Shown here: positions 1 through 10,119 of the stretch, one piece after another
Layout: the number at the start of each line of letters is the position of its first letter
How positions within the stretch are numbered: the stretch's first letter is position 1
Source: an uncultured Rhodospirillaceae bacterium
GTDB taxonomy: Bacteria > Pseudomonadota > Alphaproteobacteria > GCA-2731375
NCBI GenBank assembly: GCA_964590195.1
Contig: CAZPWJ010000001.1
Span: 175,882 to 239,881, forward strand
Length of the DNA stretch: 64,000 nucleotides
Direction of reading: 5' to 3'
Notes under the pieces: generated by a model
What the model saw: only the letters and a program-made list of their open reading frames with translations
Database searches by the model: none
Told to the model about the DNA's origin: nothing
Made by a program: the position numbers and the translations under genes

Positions 1-273
1 GATCTGCTTGACCTGATCCAGGTCGCCGATTTCCGCCCGCAACGTAGCCAGAGCGTTCAAACCCACCTGACGGGCTGCGGCCTGGGCGTCCTCGATGCTC
101 ATGCCATCGGTGCCGACCTTGCCGGTGATGGAGCTGCCGTCGGGATTGCGCGGTCCCTGGCCGGAAATATAGACCAGATTGCCGACGCGTTTCGCGCCCA
201 CATAGCTGCCCATGGGGGTTGGCGGGTTCGGCAGTTCAATTCCAAGATTCTTCAATGTCGCTTCGGCGCTCAT
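1..273 (-). CDS. RidA/YjgF/YER057c family protein (runs off window start)
   Basis: Manual translation from ATG at 273: MSAEATLKNLGIELPNPPTPMGSYVGAKRVGNLVYISGQGP..., a typical Rid-family N-terminus; AGGAG RBS upstream; absent from the ORF track because its stop is outside the window. Confidence 0.85.
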   Translation of the reverse strand, partial: MSAEATLKNLGIELPNPPTPMGSYVGAKRVGNLVYISGQGPRNPDGSSITGKVGTDGMSIEDAQAAARQVGLNALATLRAEIGDLDQVKQI

Positions 274-357
274 GGCTCTCTCTCCTTGTTTGTTGATCTC
301 ACTAGCCTATCATCGCCACGACGAAATAGGGAAATAGCGAAACGGGGAGTACGGCTC

Positions 358-2672
358 ATGGGCCAGTTCGGGATCAGCCAGCCGGTGTTGCGGCGCGAGG
401 ATGATAAACTGCTGCGCGGCGGGGGCTGTTTTATCGATGACCTGTCGCCCGATGGCCTGGTCCACGGCCACGTCCTGCGCTCGCCCCACGGCCACGCCCG
501 CATCACGGCGCTGGATGTTAGCCAGGCCCGTGCCGCGCCCGGCGTATTGGTGGTCTACACCGCCGCTGATCTGGCCGCCGCCGGCATTGGCGATATCGAG
601 GCCATCACCCAACCCAGCCCGCGGCCCGGAAATGAATACCTCCCCCGCCTGCAGCCGTACTGGCCCGCGGCGAAGTGCGTTATGTCGGCGATAGCGTCGC
701 CTTTGTCGTGGCCAAGACTCCGGCCCAGGCCCAGGATGCCGCTGAATTGATCGAAGTGGATTATGAAACGCTGCCGGCCGTGATCGGCTGCGCAACAGGC
801 GCCGATGACGATCTGTCCTTTGCCTGGGAGATGGGCGACGGTGCGGCAGTGGCCAAGGTCTTCGCCGACGCGCACCATTGCACCAGCCTTGATCTGGTGA
901 ATAACCGCCTGGTGCTTGCCGCCATCGAAACCCGTGGTGCCGTGGCCGAGTACGACCCAGGTGCCTGCGATGGCCGGGGCAAATACACCCTGACCACCAC
1001 GACCCAGATGCCCAACCCCATGCGTGATCAACTGGCCGATCAGATCCTGCGGGTGGAGCGGGAACAGGTCCGCGTGCTGGTGCACGATGTTGGCGGCGGT
1101 TTCGGCGGCAAGAATTCCATGTTCCCGGAATATCCCCTGTGTCTCCTGGCCGCGCGCCAGCTGGGCCGCCCGGTGAAGTGGATCGGCCAGCGTTCGGATG
1201 CCTTCGTCACGGATTTCCATGGCCGGGATAACGTGATGAAGGGCGAAATGGCCTTCGATGAGGACGGCCATCTGCTGGCCATACGGGTTGCCAGCCAGGC
1301 CGACATGGGCGCCTATATTGCCGGGCGGGGGGCCATTTCGCCTGTAAACGGCATGATCATGCTGTCCAATTGCTACCGCATTCCGCACATTCATGCCCAG
1401 GTCTGGGCCCGCTATACCAACACCGTGCCAACGGATCCGTACAGGGGCGCGGGCCGGCCGGAAGTGCTCTATATGATCGAAAGATTAATGGATGTGGCCG
1501 CCGCCGAGATGAATATGGACCGGGTGGAACTGCGCCGGCGCAACCTGATACCGCCCGAGGATTTTCCCTATGCCACACCCACCGGTTTGAATTACGACGT
1601 CTGTGATTTCGCCCAGGTGATCGATGGCGCCATGGCGAACGCGGACTGGGCCGCCTTTGAAGACCGCCGGCAGGAAGCCTTAAGCCGGGGCCGCCTGCGC
1701 GGCATCGGCATGGCGAATTATATTGAACGCTGCGGCGGCGGCGCCGGTTTGAGCGAGGCTGCGCGCCTGGAATTCGATGCCTCTGGCGGGGTCACGGTCT
1801 ATTCCGGCTCCATGGCCAATGGTCAGGCTCACGAGACCGCGTTCAGCCAGATTCTGCATCATTATTTCGATCTGCCGTTCGAGAAAATCCGCGTCGTCGA
1901 AGGCGATACGGACGTGATCGCCACGGGTACGGGCACCGGCGGCTCCTGGTCCATTCCCATGGGCGGCGGCGCCATCAGCCTGGCCTCGGAACAGGTGATC
2001 GAAAAGGCCAAGCGTATCGCGGCGCATTTATTGGAGGCCGCGGTCACCGATATGGAATTCGCCGAAGGACAATTCTCCGTTGCCGGAACCGATCTGCATA
2101 TCGCCTGGGAGGCGGTGGTGACGGCCAGCCTTGATCCCGCGCAATTACCCGACGGTGAAACGCCCGGCCTGGATACCGAGGCACGCTTTACGCCGGAAAA
2201 CTTTACCTTTCCATATGGCTGCCATATTGCCGAGGTTGAGGTCGATCCGGAAACCGGGGCGGTCGAGCTGGCGGCCTATAGCTGCCTGCATGATTTTGGC
2301 GTGGTTCTCAATCCGCTGCTGTTGGCTGGCCAGGTTCAAGGCGGTCTGGCCCAGGGTATCGGCCAAGCCCTGCTGGAGCATACCGCTTATGGCGACGACG
2401 GCCAGCTGCTGGCCGGTTCATTCATGGATTACTGCCTGCCCAAGGCCAGGGATCTACCGGATTTGAATTTTGCCTCCCAGGTCACGCCCAGCCCGCAGAA
2501 CCTGTTGGGCATCAAGGGCTGTGGCGAGGCCGGCGCCGCCGGCTCGCCCCCCGCCGTGATCAACGCCCTGGTTGATGCCCTGCGCGATTTTGGCATTCGC
2601 CACATCGATATGCCGGCCACCTCGGAACGGGTCTGGTCGGCGATCCAATCAGCCACGCCGGGGCTTCGTTAG
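358..2672 (+). pseudogene. Xanthine dehydrogenase-family molybdopterin-binding large subunit (CoxL form II-like), split by a 1-nt frameshift near 657-660
   Basis: N-terminus MGQFGISQPVLRREDDKLLRG...VLRSPHGHA in one frame continues as LARGEVRYVGD...GGGFGGK...YRGAGRPE...KGCGE in another; restoring one base at CAGCCG^TACTG joins them. Confidence 0.8.
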
Positions 2673-3169
2673 AGGATGATCCGGCCCCAGAAATCGGGTG
2701 GTATCGCGTCAAACCGGGTATAGGTCAGGATCCGGTTGATGCTCTCGCCATCATCGGACAAAGGCAGGTTCAGTCGGTAGGAGGCGGATGCCCGCGTCGG
2801 GTTATCATAGCCCACTTCCACGCGGTAAACCGTCGGTTCTTCGCCTTCGACAGTGGCGCAGAGTTGTTCGAATATGCGTTCTCCCAATTCCGCCGGCATG
2901 AAATCCCGGACACTGCGCTTGGTCAGATCCCGATGCAGAAAATCAGCTATACCGCTGCCGAATAGGCTAAATTTGAAATCAAATGGCCCTTGTTCGAGCT
3001 TGAGAATACAGAGATATCCCAGATAGGCGCGCAGTTTTGCCGGTTCGATGTCGCTTCGGGCTGGCGCCTTCCGCGTGCCGCGCAACTCTTGCCAATGGGC
3101 CTGCAGGGCGGTGATATCATCAGGCGCCTCGGCCAGAGTGCACAATGAGGATGCAACGTTTACGGCCAT
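2669..3169 (-). CDS. Stand-alone PAS-like (PAS_5/DUF1457-type) protein
   Basis: HWQELRG...PARSDIEP...LFGS...LNLPLSDDG pattern; ATG at 3169 with GGGGG RBS. Confidence 0.7.
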   Translation of the reverse strand: MAVNVASSLCTLAEAPDDITALQAHWQELRGTRKAPARSDIEPAKLRAYLGYLCILKLEQGPFDFKFSLFGSGIADFLHRDLTKRSVRDFMPAELGERIFEQLCATVEGEEPTVYRVEVGYDNPTRASASYRLNLPLSDDGESINRILTYTRFDAIPPDFWGRIIL

Positions 3170-3362
3170 TTGGCCCCCTGACGAACAGAGTGTAATTTCA
3201 ATTGATAAATGTTTGGGAAAAATTGACGGCGCCGGCAGCAAATACCGCAGGTAATCGCGCAATACAATCGTGCTACTTTCATCCGCACCCTGAGCTTCAA
3301 TGCATTTTTTCGCATTGATTATTTGGATGCCCTCAATTGCTAATATTTATGCGGCCACCGGG

Positions 3363-3378
3363 TTAACAAATCCATAAC
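3363..3378. promoter_or_regulatory. Possible CtrA site in the divergent PAS-gene/dapF promoter
   Basis: TTAA-CAAATCC-ATAAC, one mismatch from TTAA-N7-TTAAC, in an AT-rich intergenic region. Confidence 0.35.
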
Positions 3379-3443
3379 AACACCCAGGACCGCTGTCATA
3401 TTGCGCCCTGGACGGGAAGCCGGGAATTGCCTATATCCGGCTT

Positions 3444-4328
3444 ATGACTGAAACCACGGGACAGCCATTCTTGAAAATGCATGGCGCGGGCAACGACTTT
3501 GTCGTGCTTGATCTGCGCCAGGCATCATGGCGCGTGGACCCAAGCCTTGCCCGTGCCCTGGCAAACCGCCGCACCGGCGTAGGCTGTGATCAGGTTATCT
3601 CGCTTGAGCCATCGGAACGGGGCGATGTCTTCATGCGCATTCACAATCCCGATGGCAGCGAGGCGCAGGCCTGCGGTAACGCCACGCGCTGTGTCGCCGG
3701 TCTGATATTCGCGGAAAACGGCCAAAATAGCGCGGTCGTCGAGACGGTTGCCGGTCTGCTGCAAAGCCGGATGGCGGATGATGGTTGGATTCAGGTCGAC
3801 ATGGGGCCGGCCTACTTGGATTGGCAAGAGATCCCGCTGGCCAGTGAAATGGACACGTTGTCGCTGGATTTATCCCTTGCACCGGCGGCGGGCCCGGGCC
3901 TGGCTGAACCCTGCGCCGTTGGCATGGGTAATCCCCATGCGGTGTTCTTTGTCGATGATATGGATGCCATCGATATCCCGGTCGTGGGCCCTGTTTTGGA
4001 AAATCATGCCCTGTTTCCCGAGCGCGCCAATATCGGTTTTGTGCAAATGACCGGCGCGGACGAATTTCGCCTCCGCGTGTGGGAACGCGGCGCCGGGTTG
4101 ACGCTGGCCTGCGGCTCCGGTGCCTGCGCCGCCCTGGTCGCCGCGCACCGGCGGGGCAAGTGCGGCCGCCGGGCGCGTTTGACCCTCGATGGCGGCGAGC
4201 TGGTCATCGAATGGCGGGCTGAGGACGGCCATGTCCTGATGTCAGGCCCGGTGGCAACATCGTACGCCGGCGTTTTGGACGGCAGCCTGCTGGCCGCCCG
4301 GCAGGATCAGCGGCGGTCCGTGGCATGA
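3444..4328 (+). CDS. dapF: Diaminopimelate epimerase
   Basis: [36 protein letters not shown]. Confidence 0.97.
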   Translation: MTETTGQPFLKMHGAGNDFVVLDLRQASWRVDPSLARALANRRTGVGCDQVISLEPSERGDVFMRIHNPDGSEAQACGNATRCVAGLIFAENGQNSAVVETVAGLLQSRMADDGWIQVDMGPAYLDWQEIPLASEMDTLSLDLSLAPAAGPGLAEPCAVGMGNPHAVFFVDDMDAIDIPVVGPVLENHALFPERANIGFVQMTGADEFRLRVWERGAGLTLACGSGACAALVAAHRRGKCGRRARLTLDGGELVIEWRAEDGHVLMSGPVATSYAGVLDGSLLAARQDQRRSVA

Positions 4329-5599
4329 GCGGCGGCCAAGATAGCCTGCAAGGCAACAGGATCATCAATTTCGGCTGCCGCCTGAACGCCTATGAAGCGG
4401 AGGTAATGCGCGATCAGGCCCATGACGCGGGCTTGCGGGACGCGGTTATCATCAACACCTGTGCCGTTACGTCCGAAGCGGTGCGCCAGTCTCGGCAGGC
4501 CATCCGCAAGGCGCGGCGGCAGCAACCCGGCGCCACCATCGTGGTGGCGGGATGCGCGGCGCAATTGGAGCCGGACGCTTTCGCCGCCATGGACGAGGTG
4601 GACCGGGTCCTGGGCAACCGGGAAAAGCTGCGCGGGGCCAACTTCGTGACGCCCATGGACGGCAAGATCCTGGTTGACGACATCATGTCGGTGGAGCAGT
4701 TGGCGGGCCATCTGGTGCCCGGCTTTGACGGCCGCAGCCGGGCCTTTGTTCAGGTGCAACAAGGCTGTGACCACCGCTGCACATTTTGCATCATCCCCTT
4801 CGCGCGCGGCCCCTCGCGCTCGGTCCCCATGGGCGCCATCGTACAGCAGATCAAGACCCTGGTGGCCAACGGTTACAGTGAAGTGGTGCTGACCGGTGTT
4901 GATATTACCGCCTATGGCAGCGACCTGCCGGGCCGGCCCGGCCTTGGGCAGCTGCTGCGCCGGCTGTTGCGGGCGGTGCCTGAATTGCCCCGATTGCGCC
5001 TGTCATCCCTGGATGCGGTGGAGATTGATGTGGAATTGGAGCAGCTGCTGTTGGGCGAGGAACGGCTGATGCCGCACCTGCATCTTAGCCTTCAGGCGGG
5101 CGATGATCTGATCCTGAAGCGCATGGCGCGCCGCCACAGCCGGGCCCAAGCGGTTGAGCTGTGCCAACGCCTGCGCGCCGGTCGGCCCGGCATGGTCTTC
5201 GGAGCCGATTTGATCGCCGGCTTCCCGACGGAGACGGAAGCGCAATTCGAGAATTCCCTGGCCTTGATCGATGATTGCGGCCTGACTTATTTGCATGTCT
5301 TCCCTTATTCCGAACGGCCAGGCACGCCGGCCGCGCGGATGCCGCAGGTACCGGGGCAGGAACGCCGCCGCCGCGCCGCCTTGTTGCGCGAAAAGGGCGC
5401 GGCCGCGTTGGCCGGATTCCTGGCCGGCCAGGTTGGCAATTCCAGCCGTGTCCTGTTGGAGCGGCCCGGACAAGGGCGCAGCGAGCAATTTGCCCTAATT
5501 CAATTGGATCAAACCGCGGCCATACCTGAGAACGGTATTGTCACCGTGGATATTGTAGAGGCGGCGGACAACCATCTGATCGGGCGGTTGGCTGCATGA
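4325..5599 (+). CDS. mtaB: tRNA t6A37 methylthiotransferase (radical SAM)
   Basis: [28 protein letters not shown]; position between dapF and ftsY. Confidence 0.93.
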   Translation: MSGGQDSLQGNRIINFGCRLNAYEAEVMRDQAHDAGLRDAVIINTCAVTSEAVRQSRQAIRKARRQQPGATIVVAGCAAQLEPDAFAAMDEVDRVLGNREKLRGANFVTPMDGKILVDDIMSVEQLAGHLVPGFDGRSRAFVQVQQGCDHRCTFCIIPFARGPSRSVPMGAIVQQIKTLVANGYSEVVLTGVDITAYGSDLPGRPGLGQLLRRLLRAVPELPRLRLSSLDAVEIDVELEQLLLGEERLMPHLHLSLQAGDDLILKRMARRHSRAQAVELCQRLRAGRPGMVFGADLIAGFPTETEAQFENSLALIDDCGLTYLHVFPYSERPGTPAARMPQVPGQERRRRAALLREKGAAALAGFLAGQVGNSSRVLLERPGQGRSEQFALIQLDQTAAIPENGIVTVDIVEAADNHLIGRLAA

Positions 5600-6528
5600 G
5601 TGACGGAAAGCCCGGATTGTTTTCCCGCCTGAAGGCGGGTCTGAGCCGCACGGCGGGCAACTTCACGTCCGGCGTAACGGCTGTCTTCACCAAGCGCAAG
5701 CTGGACACCGCCGCTCTGGAAGAGCTGGAAGATCTCTTGATAGCCGCTGATCTGGGACCGGCGGTCGCCAATCGGGTCAGCGGAAAACTGGCGGCGGACC
5801 GCTTTGACAGAGAAGTTGACGAGAACGAAATCAAGGCGGCCTTGGCGGATGTCGTGACCGAGATACTGGAGCCGGTGGCGAAACCACTTGCCATTGATAG
5901 CGCGAAGCGTCCGCATGTGATTTTGGTGGTTGGCGTGAACGGCACGGGCAAAACCACGACTATCGGCAAAATTGCGCACAACTTGGCGGCGGAAGGCAAG
6001 ACGGTTGTTCTGGCCGCCGCCGATACCTTTCGTGCCGCGGCCATTGAACAACTGGAAATCTGGGGCCAGCGAACCGGTGCGACGGTGGTTCGCCGCGACG
6101 TCGGCGCCGACCCGGCCGCCGTTGCCTACGAAGGCCTGCAACTGGCCCAGGACAAGGACGCCGACGTGTTGTTGGTGGATACCGCCGGACGCCTACAGAA
6201 CAAGACCAACCTGATGGACGAGCTGGCCAAGGTCGTGCGGGTGTTGGGCAAGTTGGATGCCGATGCGCCCCACGATTGTCTGCTGGTGCTGGATGCCACT
6301 ACGGGACAGAACGCCCTGCGTCAGGTGGAGGTTTTTGCGGAAGTTTGTAATGTAACCGGACTGGCCATGACCAAGCTGGATGGCACCGCGCGCGGCGGCG
6401 TCCTGGTCGCCTTGGCGGAACGTTTCGCATTGCCAGTGCATTACATTGGCATCGGCGAAGGAATTGACGATTTGCAAGCCTTTGCGGCGGAAGATTTTGC
6501 CCGTGCTATTGCAGGTTCGAACGATTGA
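5596..6528 (+). CDS. ftsY: SRP receptor GTPase FtsY
   Basis: GVNGTGKTTT, DTFRAAA, DTAGR, TKLDG. Confidence 0.97.
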   Translation: MSDGKPGLFSRLKAGLSRTAGNFTSGVTAVFTKRKLDTAALEELEDLLIAADLGPAVANRVSGKLAADRFDREVDENEIKAALADVVTEILEPVAKPLAIDSAKRPHVILVVGVNGTGKTTTIGKIAHNLAAEGKTVVLAAADTFRAAAIEQLEIWGQRTGATVVRRDVGADPAAVAYEGLQLAQDKDADVLLVDTAGRLQNKTNLMDELAKVVRVLGKLDADAPHDCLLVLDATTGQNALRQVEVFAEVCNVTGLAMTKLDGTARGGVLVALAERFALPVHYIGIGEGIDDLQAFAAEDFARAIAGSND

Positions 6529-6746
6529 TATATGGGATGTAAATAGGAGAAAGTCACAGGCATTGCTTCAACTTTACAATGATTTCAATCTATTACGGCG
6601 GAAAACAAATATTTTTATGTTTCCTGCTTGCCAGCGGCGGCATTTGTAACATTTAGAGAATTGGGTTAGATTAACCGAACGCATACTGGAGTACTGCCTG
6701 TGCTTTGCACATATCCAGTAACGATAATGATGAGTTGAGACTTAAG

Positions 6747-7460
6747 ATGCTGGGACGAATTCTTATTGTCGATGATGACCCTGATATGCGGCTGGTGTTG
6801 CGTGAACACCTGGAGCCCGAGGGATTCGAAGTCTTGGACGCCGGCAATGGTGCTGAAATGCGGGCCTTGATTGAGCAGGAAGAGGTAGACCTGGTCATTC
6901 TTGATCTGCAATTACCCGACGAAGATGGCCTAAATCTGGCCAAGGTGCTGCGCGAGAAAACTGATGCAGGCATTGTCATGCTGACCGGCAAGGGTACATC
7001 GGTCGATATGGTCGTGGGCCTGGAAGTCGGCGCCGATGATTACGTGGCAAAGCCCTTCAAGGCGCGGGAATTGCTGGCTCGTATTCGCAGCGTATTACGC
7101 CGGACCAAACAGGCGCGCAGTGCCAAGCCGGGGACGGGCGGCGCTGTTGTGAGGTTTGATGGCTGGCGCTTTGACAGCGCCTTTCAACGTTTGACCGACC
7201 CACAGGGCAGCGATACGGTTTTGACGGCGGGCGAATCGAGATTGCTGCAAACCTTGATCGACAATTTGGGTCAAACCGTGGCGCGGGAAACCCTGCACCG
7301 CGAGGCGCTGGGCTACGATATGCAGAGCAGCAGCCGCAATATTGATGTGTTGGTCGGACGTCTGCGGCGCAAGCTGGATTCTGACGACGGCAAGGAAAAC
7401 CTGATCAAATCAGTCCGCGGCGTCGGTTACGAGTTTACCGGCAGCATTGAGCAGGATTAA
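6747..7460 (+). CDS. OmpR-family response regulator (no adjacent kinase)
   Basis: REC domain (ILIVDDD, LDLQLP, GADDYVAKPF) plus winged helix (RNIDVLVGRLRRKL, VRGVGY). Confidence 0.92.
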   Translation: MLGRILIVDDDPDMRLVLREHLEPEGFEVLDAGNGAEMRALIEQEEVDLVILDLQLPDEDGLNLAKVLREKTDAGIVMLTGKGTSVDMVVGLEVGADDYVAKPFKARELLARIRSVLRRTKQARSAKPGTGGAVVRFDGWRFDSAFQRLTDPQGSDTVLTAGESRLLQTLIDNLGQTVARETLHREALGYDMQSSSRNIDVLVGRLRRKLDSDDGKENLIKSVRGVGYEFTGSIEQD

Positions 7461-7462
7461 CA

Positions 7463-10093
7463 TTACCCGCCGCTGCTGACCGCCGCCTGCGCGGCGGCAA
7501 GCCGTGCGATGGGCACCCGAAAGGGTGAACACGAGACATAGTCCAGACCAATGGATTGGCAAAATGCGATCGAGGCCGGGTCGCCGCCGTGTTCGCCGCA
7601 GATACCCAGTTTAAGATCGCTTCGGCTGCCGCGTCCCCGCTCCGCCGCCAGTGCCACCATCTCGCCAACGCCGTCCTTATCCAAGGTTGCGAATGGATCG
7701 CCGTCAAGAATACCCTTGTCGTGGTAATCCTCCAGGAAACCTGCCGAATCGTCGCGGCTGATACCGAACACCGTCTGGGTCAGATCATTGGTGCCGAACG
7801 AGAAAAACTCGGCTTCCTCGGCGATTTCACCTGCCCGCAGGGCGGCGCGGGGCAGCTCTATCATGGTGCCGATCAAATACTCCAACTCGCCGCCATGTTC
7901 CGCCGCGACCTGACCGGCGACGGCGGCAATACGTTCCTGCAGGAAGACAAATTCCGCCTTGCTGGCAATTAGCGGGATCATCACTTCCGGCACCACGGTC
8001 TTGCCTTGCTCGGCGCTGACAATGGCGGCGGCCTCAAAAATGGCGCGGGCCTGCATTTCGTAAATTTCCGGGTAGGAAATGCCAAGACGGCAGCCGCGAT
8101 GGCCCAGCATGGGATTATATTCGTGCAGCTGATTAGCACGGAAACGCAGGTCGTCGGCGGTGGCGCCGGTGACGCTGGCCAGTTGCGCCAGTTCGTCATC
8201 GGTCTTCGGCAGGAATTCGTGCAGCGGCGGGTCCAACAGCCGGATCGTCACGGGCAGGCCGGTCATGATGGTGAACAGATCGACAAAATCCTGGCGCTGC
8301 ATGGGCAATATCTTGGCCAGGGCCGTCTGCCGGCCCTCCAGATCCTCCGCCAGAATCATCTCGCGCACGGCCAGAATGCGGTCGGCATCGAAGAACATAT
8401 GCTCGGTACGGCAGAGCCCGATCCCCTCGGCGCCGAATTCGATCGCCGCTTTCGCTTCCGCCGGGGTTTCGGCGTTGGTGCGGATGCCAAGTTGGCGAAT
8501 CTCGTCCGCCCAGCCCATCAGGGTGCCGAAATCGCCCGACAATTTGGGCTGTATGGTCGCGACCTCGCCCACCATGACCTCGCCGCTGCTGCCGTCGATG
8601 GTGATGACGTCGCCGGCGGAAATGGTAATGTCGCCAACCTGCATGGTCTGGCTTTTATAATCAATGCGCAATTGCCCCGCGCCCGAGACGCAGGGCCGGC
8701 CCATGCCGCGCGCCACCACCGCCGCATGGCTGGTCATACCGCCGCGCGAGGTAAGGATGCCGCGGGCCGCGTGCATGCCGTGTATGTCCTCCGGCGAGGT
8801 TTCGATCCGCACCAGCAGAATACTCTCGCCCTGGGCGGCCAGGCTTTCGGCCTGATCGGCGGAAAACGCCACCTTGCCCGTGGCGGCACCGGGAGAGGCC
8901 GGCAAGCCGTGGCCGATAACGCGCCGTTCGGCGTCGGGATCAAGGGTCGGATGCAGCAATTGGTCCAAACTATCCGGTGCCACGCGCAGAACAGCTTCTT
9001 CCCGGCTCAACAGGCCTTCGTTGGTCATTTCCACGGCGATCTTGATGGCCGCCTCGGCGGTGCGTTTGCCCGACCGGGTTTGTAGCATATACAGCTTGCC
9101 CCGCTGCACCGTGAATTCGATATCCTGCATATCCCGGTAGTGGGCTTCCAGGTGCTGATAGATCGCTTCCAGTTCCGAGAAAATTTCCGGCATCACCTCT
9201 TCCAGGGATGTCAGATGATGGGGCGTGCGGATGCCGGCGACCACGTCCTCGCCTTGGGCATTGATCAGATATTCGCCGAAAAAGCGCTTCTCGCCCGTCG
9301 AAGGATCGCGGGTAAAGGCAACGCCGGTGGCCGAATCTTCGCCCATGTTGCCGAACACCATGGCCTGGATATTAACGGCGGTACCCCAGGAGGCGGGAAT
9401 ATCGTGCAGGCGGCGATAGGTGACGGCACGGGCGTTCTGCCAGGAGCCGAAGACGGCGCCAATGGCGCCCCAAAGCTGCGTCGTCACATCCTGGGGAAAC
9501 GCCTCGCCCAGGGCACCCTCCACCTCGGCCTTGAAGCGGTCAACCAGTTGCCGCAGATCATCCGCCGACAGGTCCGTATCCAGGCGCAGATCTTTTTCTT
9601 CCTTCAGATCTTCCAGCAGCCCTTCGAATATATAATGGTCGATGCCCAGAACCACATCGGAATACATCTGAATGAAGCGGCGATAACTGTCCCAGGCAAA
9701 GCGTTCGTTGCCGCTGCTCTTGGCCAGGGCCAGCACGGTTTCGTCATTCAGGCCCAGGTTCAAAACCGTATCCATCATGCCCGGCATGGAGGCCCGCGCA
9801 CCCGAGCGGACGGAAACCAAAAGCGGATCTTCCTGATCGCCAAAATTGGCGCCAGCGGTTTCCTCCATTTTCCCCATGGCGGCCGCGACCTGATCCGCCA
9901 AATCATCGGGATAATTCTCGCCGTTATCGTAATAGGCGGTACAGACTTCCGTGGTCAGGGTAAACCCGGGCGGCACCGGCAACCCCAGGCCGGACATCTC
10001 GGCCAGATTGGCGCCCTTGCCGCCAAGCAGGTTCTTGTCCCCCGCGCCACCGTCGGCCTGGCCGCCGCCAAAACTGTAAACCCATTTCGTCAT
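7463..10093 (-). CDS. ppdK: Pyruvate, phosphate dikinase
   Basis: LGGKGANL, SVRSGA, GGMTSHAAVVAR, FSFGTNDLTQ, ICGEHGG. Confidence 0.98.
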   Translation of the reverse strand: MTKWVYSFGGGQADGGAGDKNLLGGKGANLAEMSGLGLPVPPGFTLTTEVCTAYYDNGENYPDDLADQVAAAMGKMEETAGANFGDQEDPLLVSVRSGARASMPGMMDTVLNLGLNDETVLALAKSSGNERFAWDSYRRFIQMYSDVVLGIDHYIFEGLLEDLKEEKDLRLDTDLSADDLRQLVDRFKAEVEGALGEAFPQDVTTQLWGAIGAVFGSWQNARAVTYRRLHDIPASWGTAVNIQAMVFGNMGEDSATGVAFTRDPSTGEKRFFGEYLINAQGEDVVAGIRTPHHLTSLEEVMPEIFSELEAIYQHLEAHYRDMQDIEFTVQRGKLYMLQTRSGKRTAEAAIKIAVEMTNEGLLSREEAVLRVAPDSLDQLLHPTLDPDAERRVIGHGLPASPGAATGKVAFSADQAESLAAQGESILLVRIETSPEDIHGMHAARGILTSRGGMTSHAAVVARGMGRPCVSGAGQLRIDYKSQTMQVGDITISAGDVITIDGSSGEVMVGEVATIQPKLSGDFGTLMGWADEIRQLGIRTNAETPAEAKAAIEFGAEGIGLCRTEHMFFDADRILAVREMILAEDLEGRQTALAKILPMQRQDFVDLFTIMTGLPVTIRLLDPPLHEFLPKTDDELAQLASVTGATADDLRFRANQLHEYNPMLGHRGCRLGISYPEIYEMQARAIFEAAAIVSAEQGKTVVPEVMIPLIASKAEFVFLQERIAAVAGQVAAEHGGELEYLIGTMIELPRAALRAGEIAEEAEFFSFGTNDLTQTVFGISRDDSAGFLEDYHDKGILDGDPFATLDKDGVGEMVALAAERGRGSRSDLKLGICGEHGGDPASIAFCQSIGLDYVSCSPFRVPIARLAAAQAAVSSGG

Positions 10094-10119
10094 GGCAGTA
10101 CCCTTCGGTGTCTTGCGAA

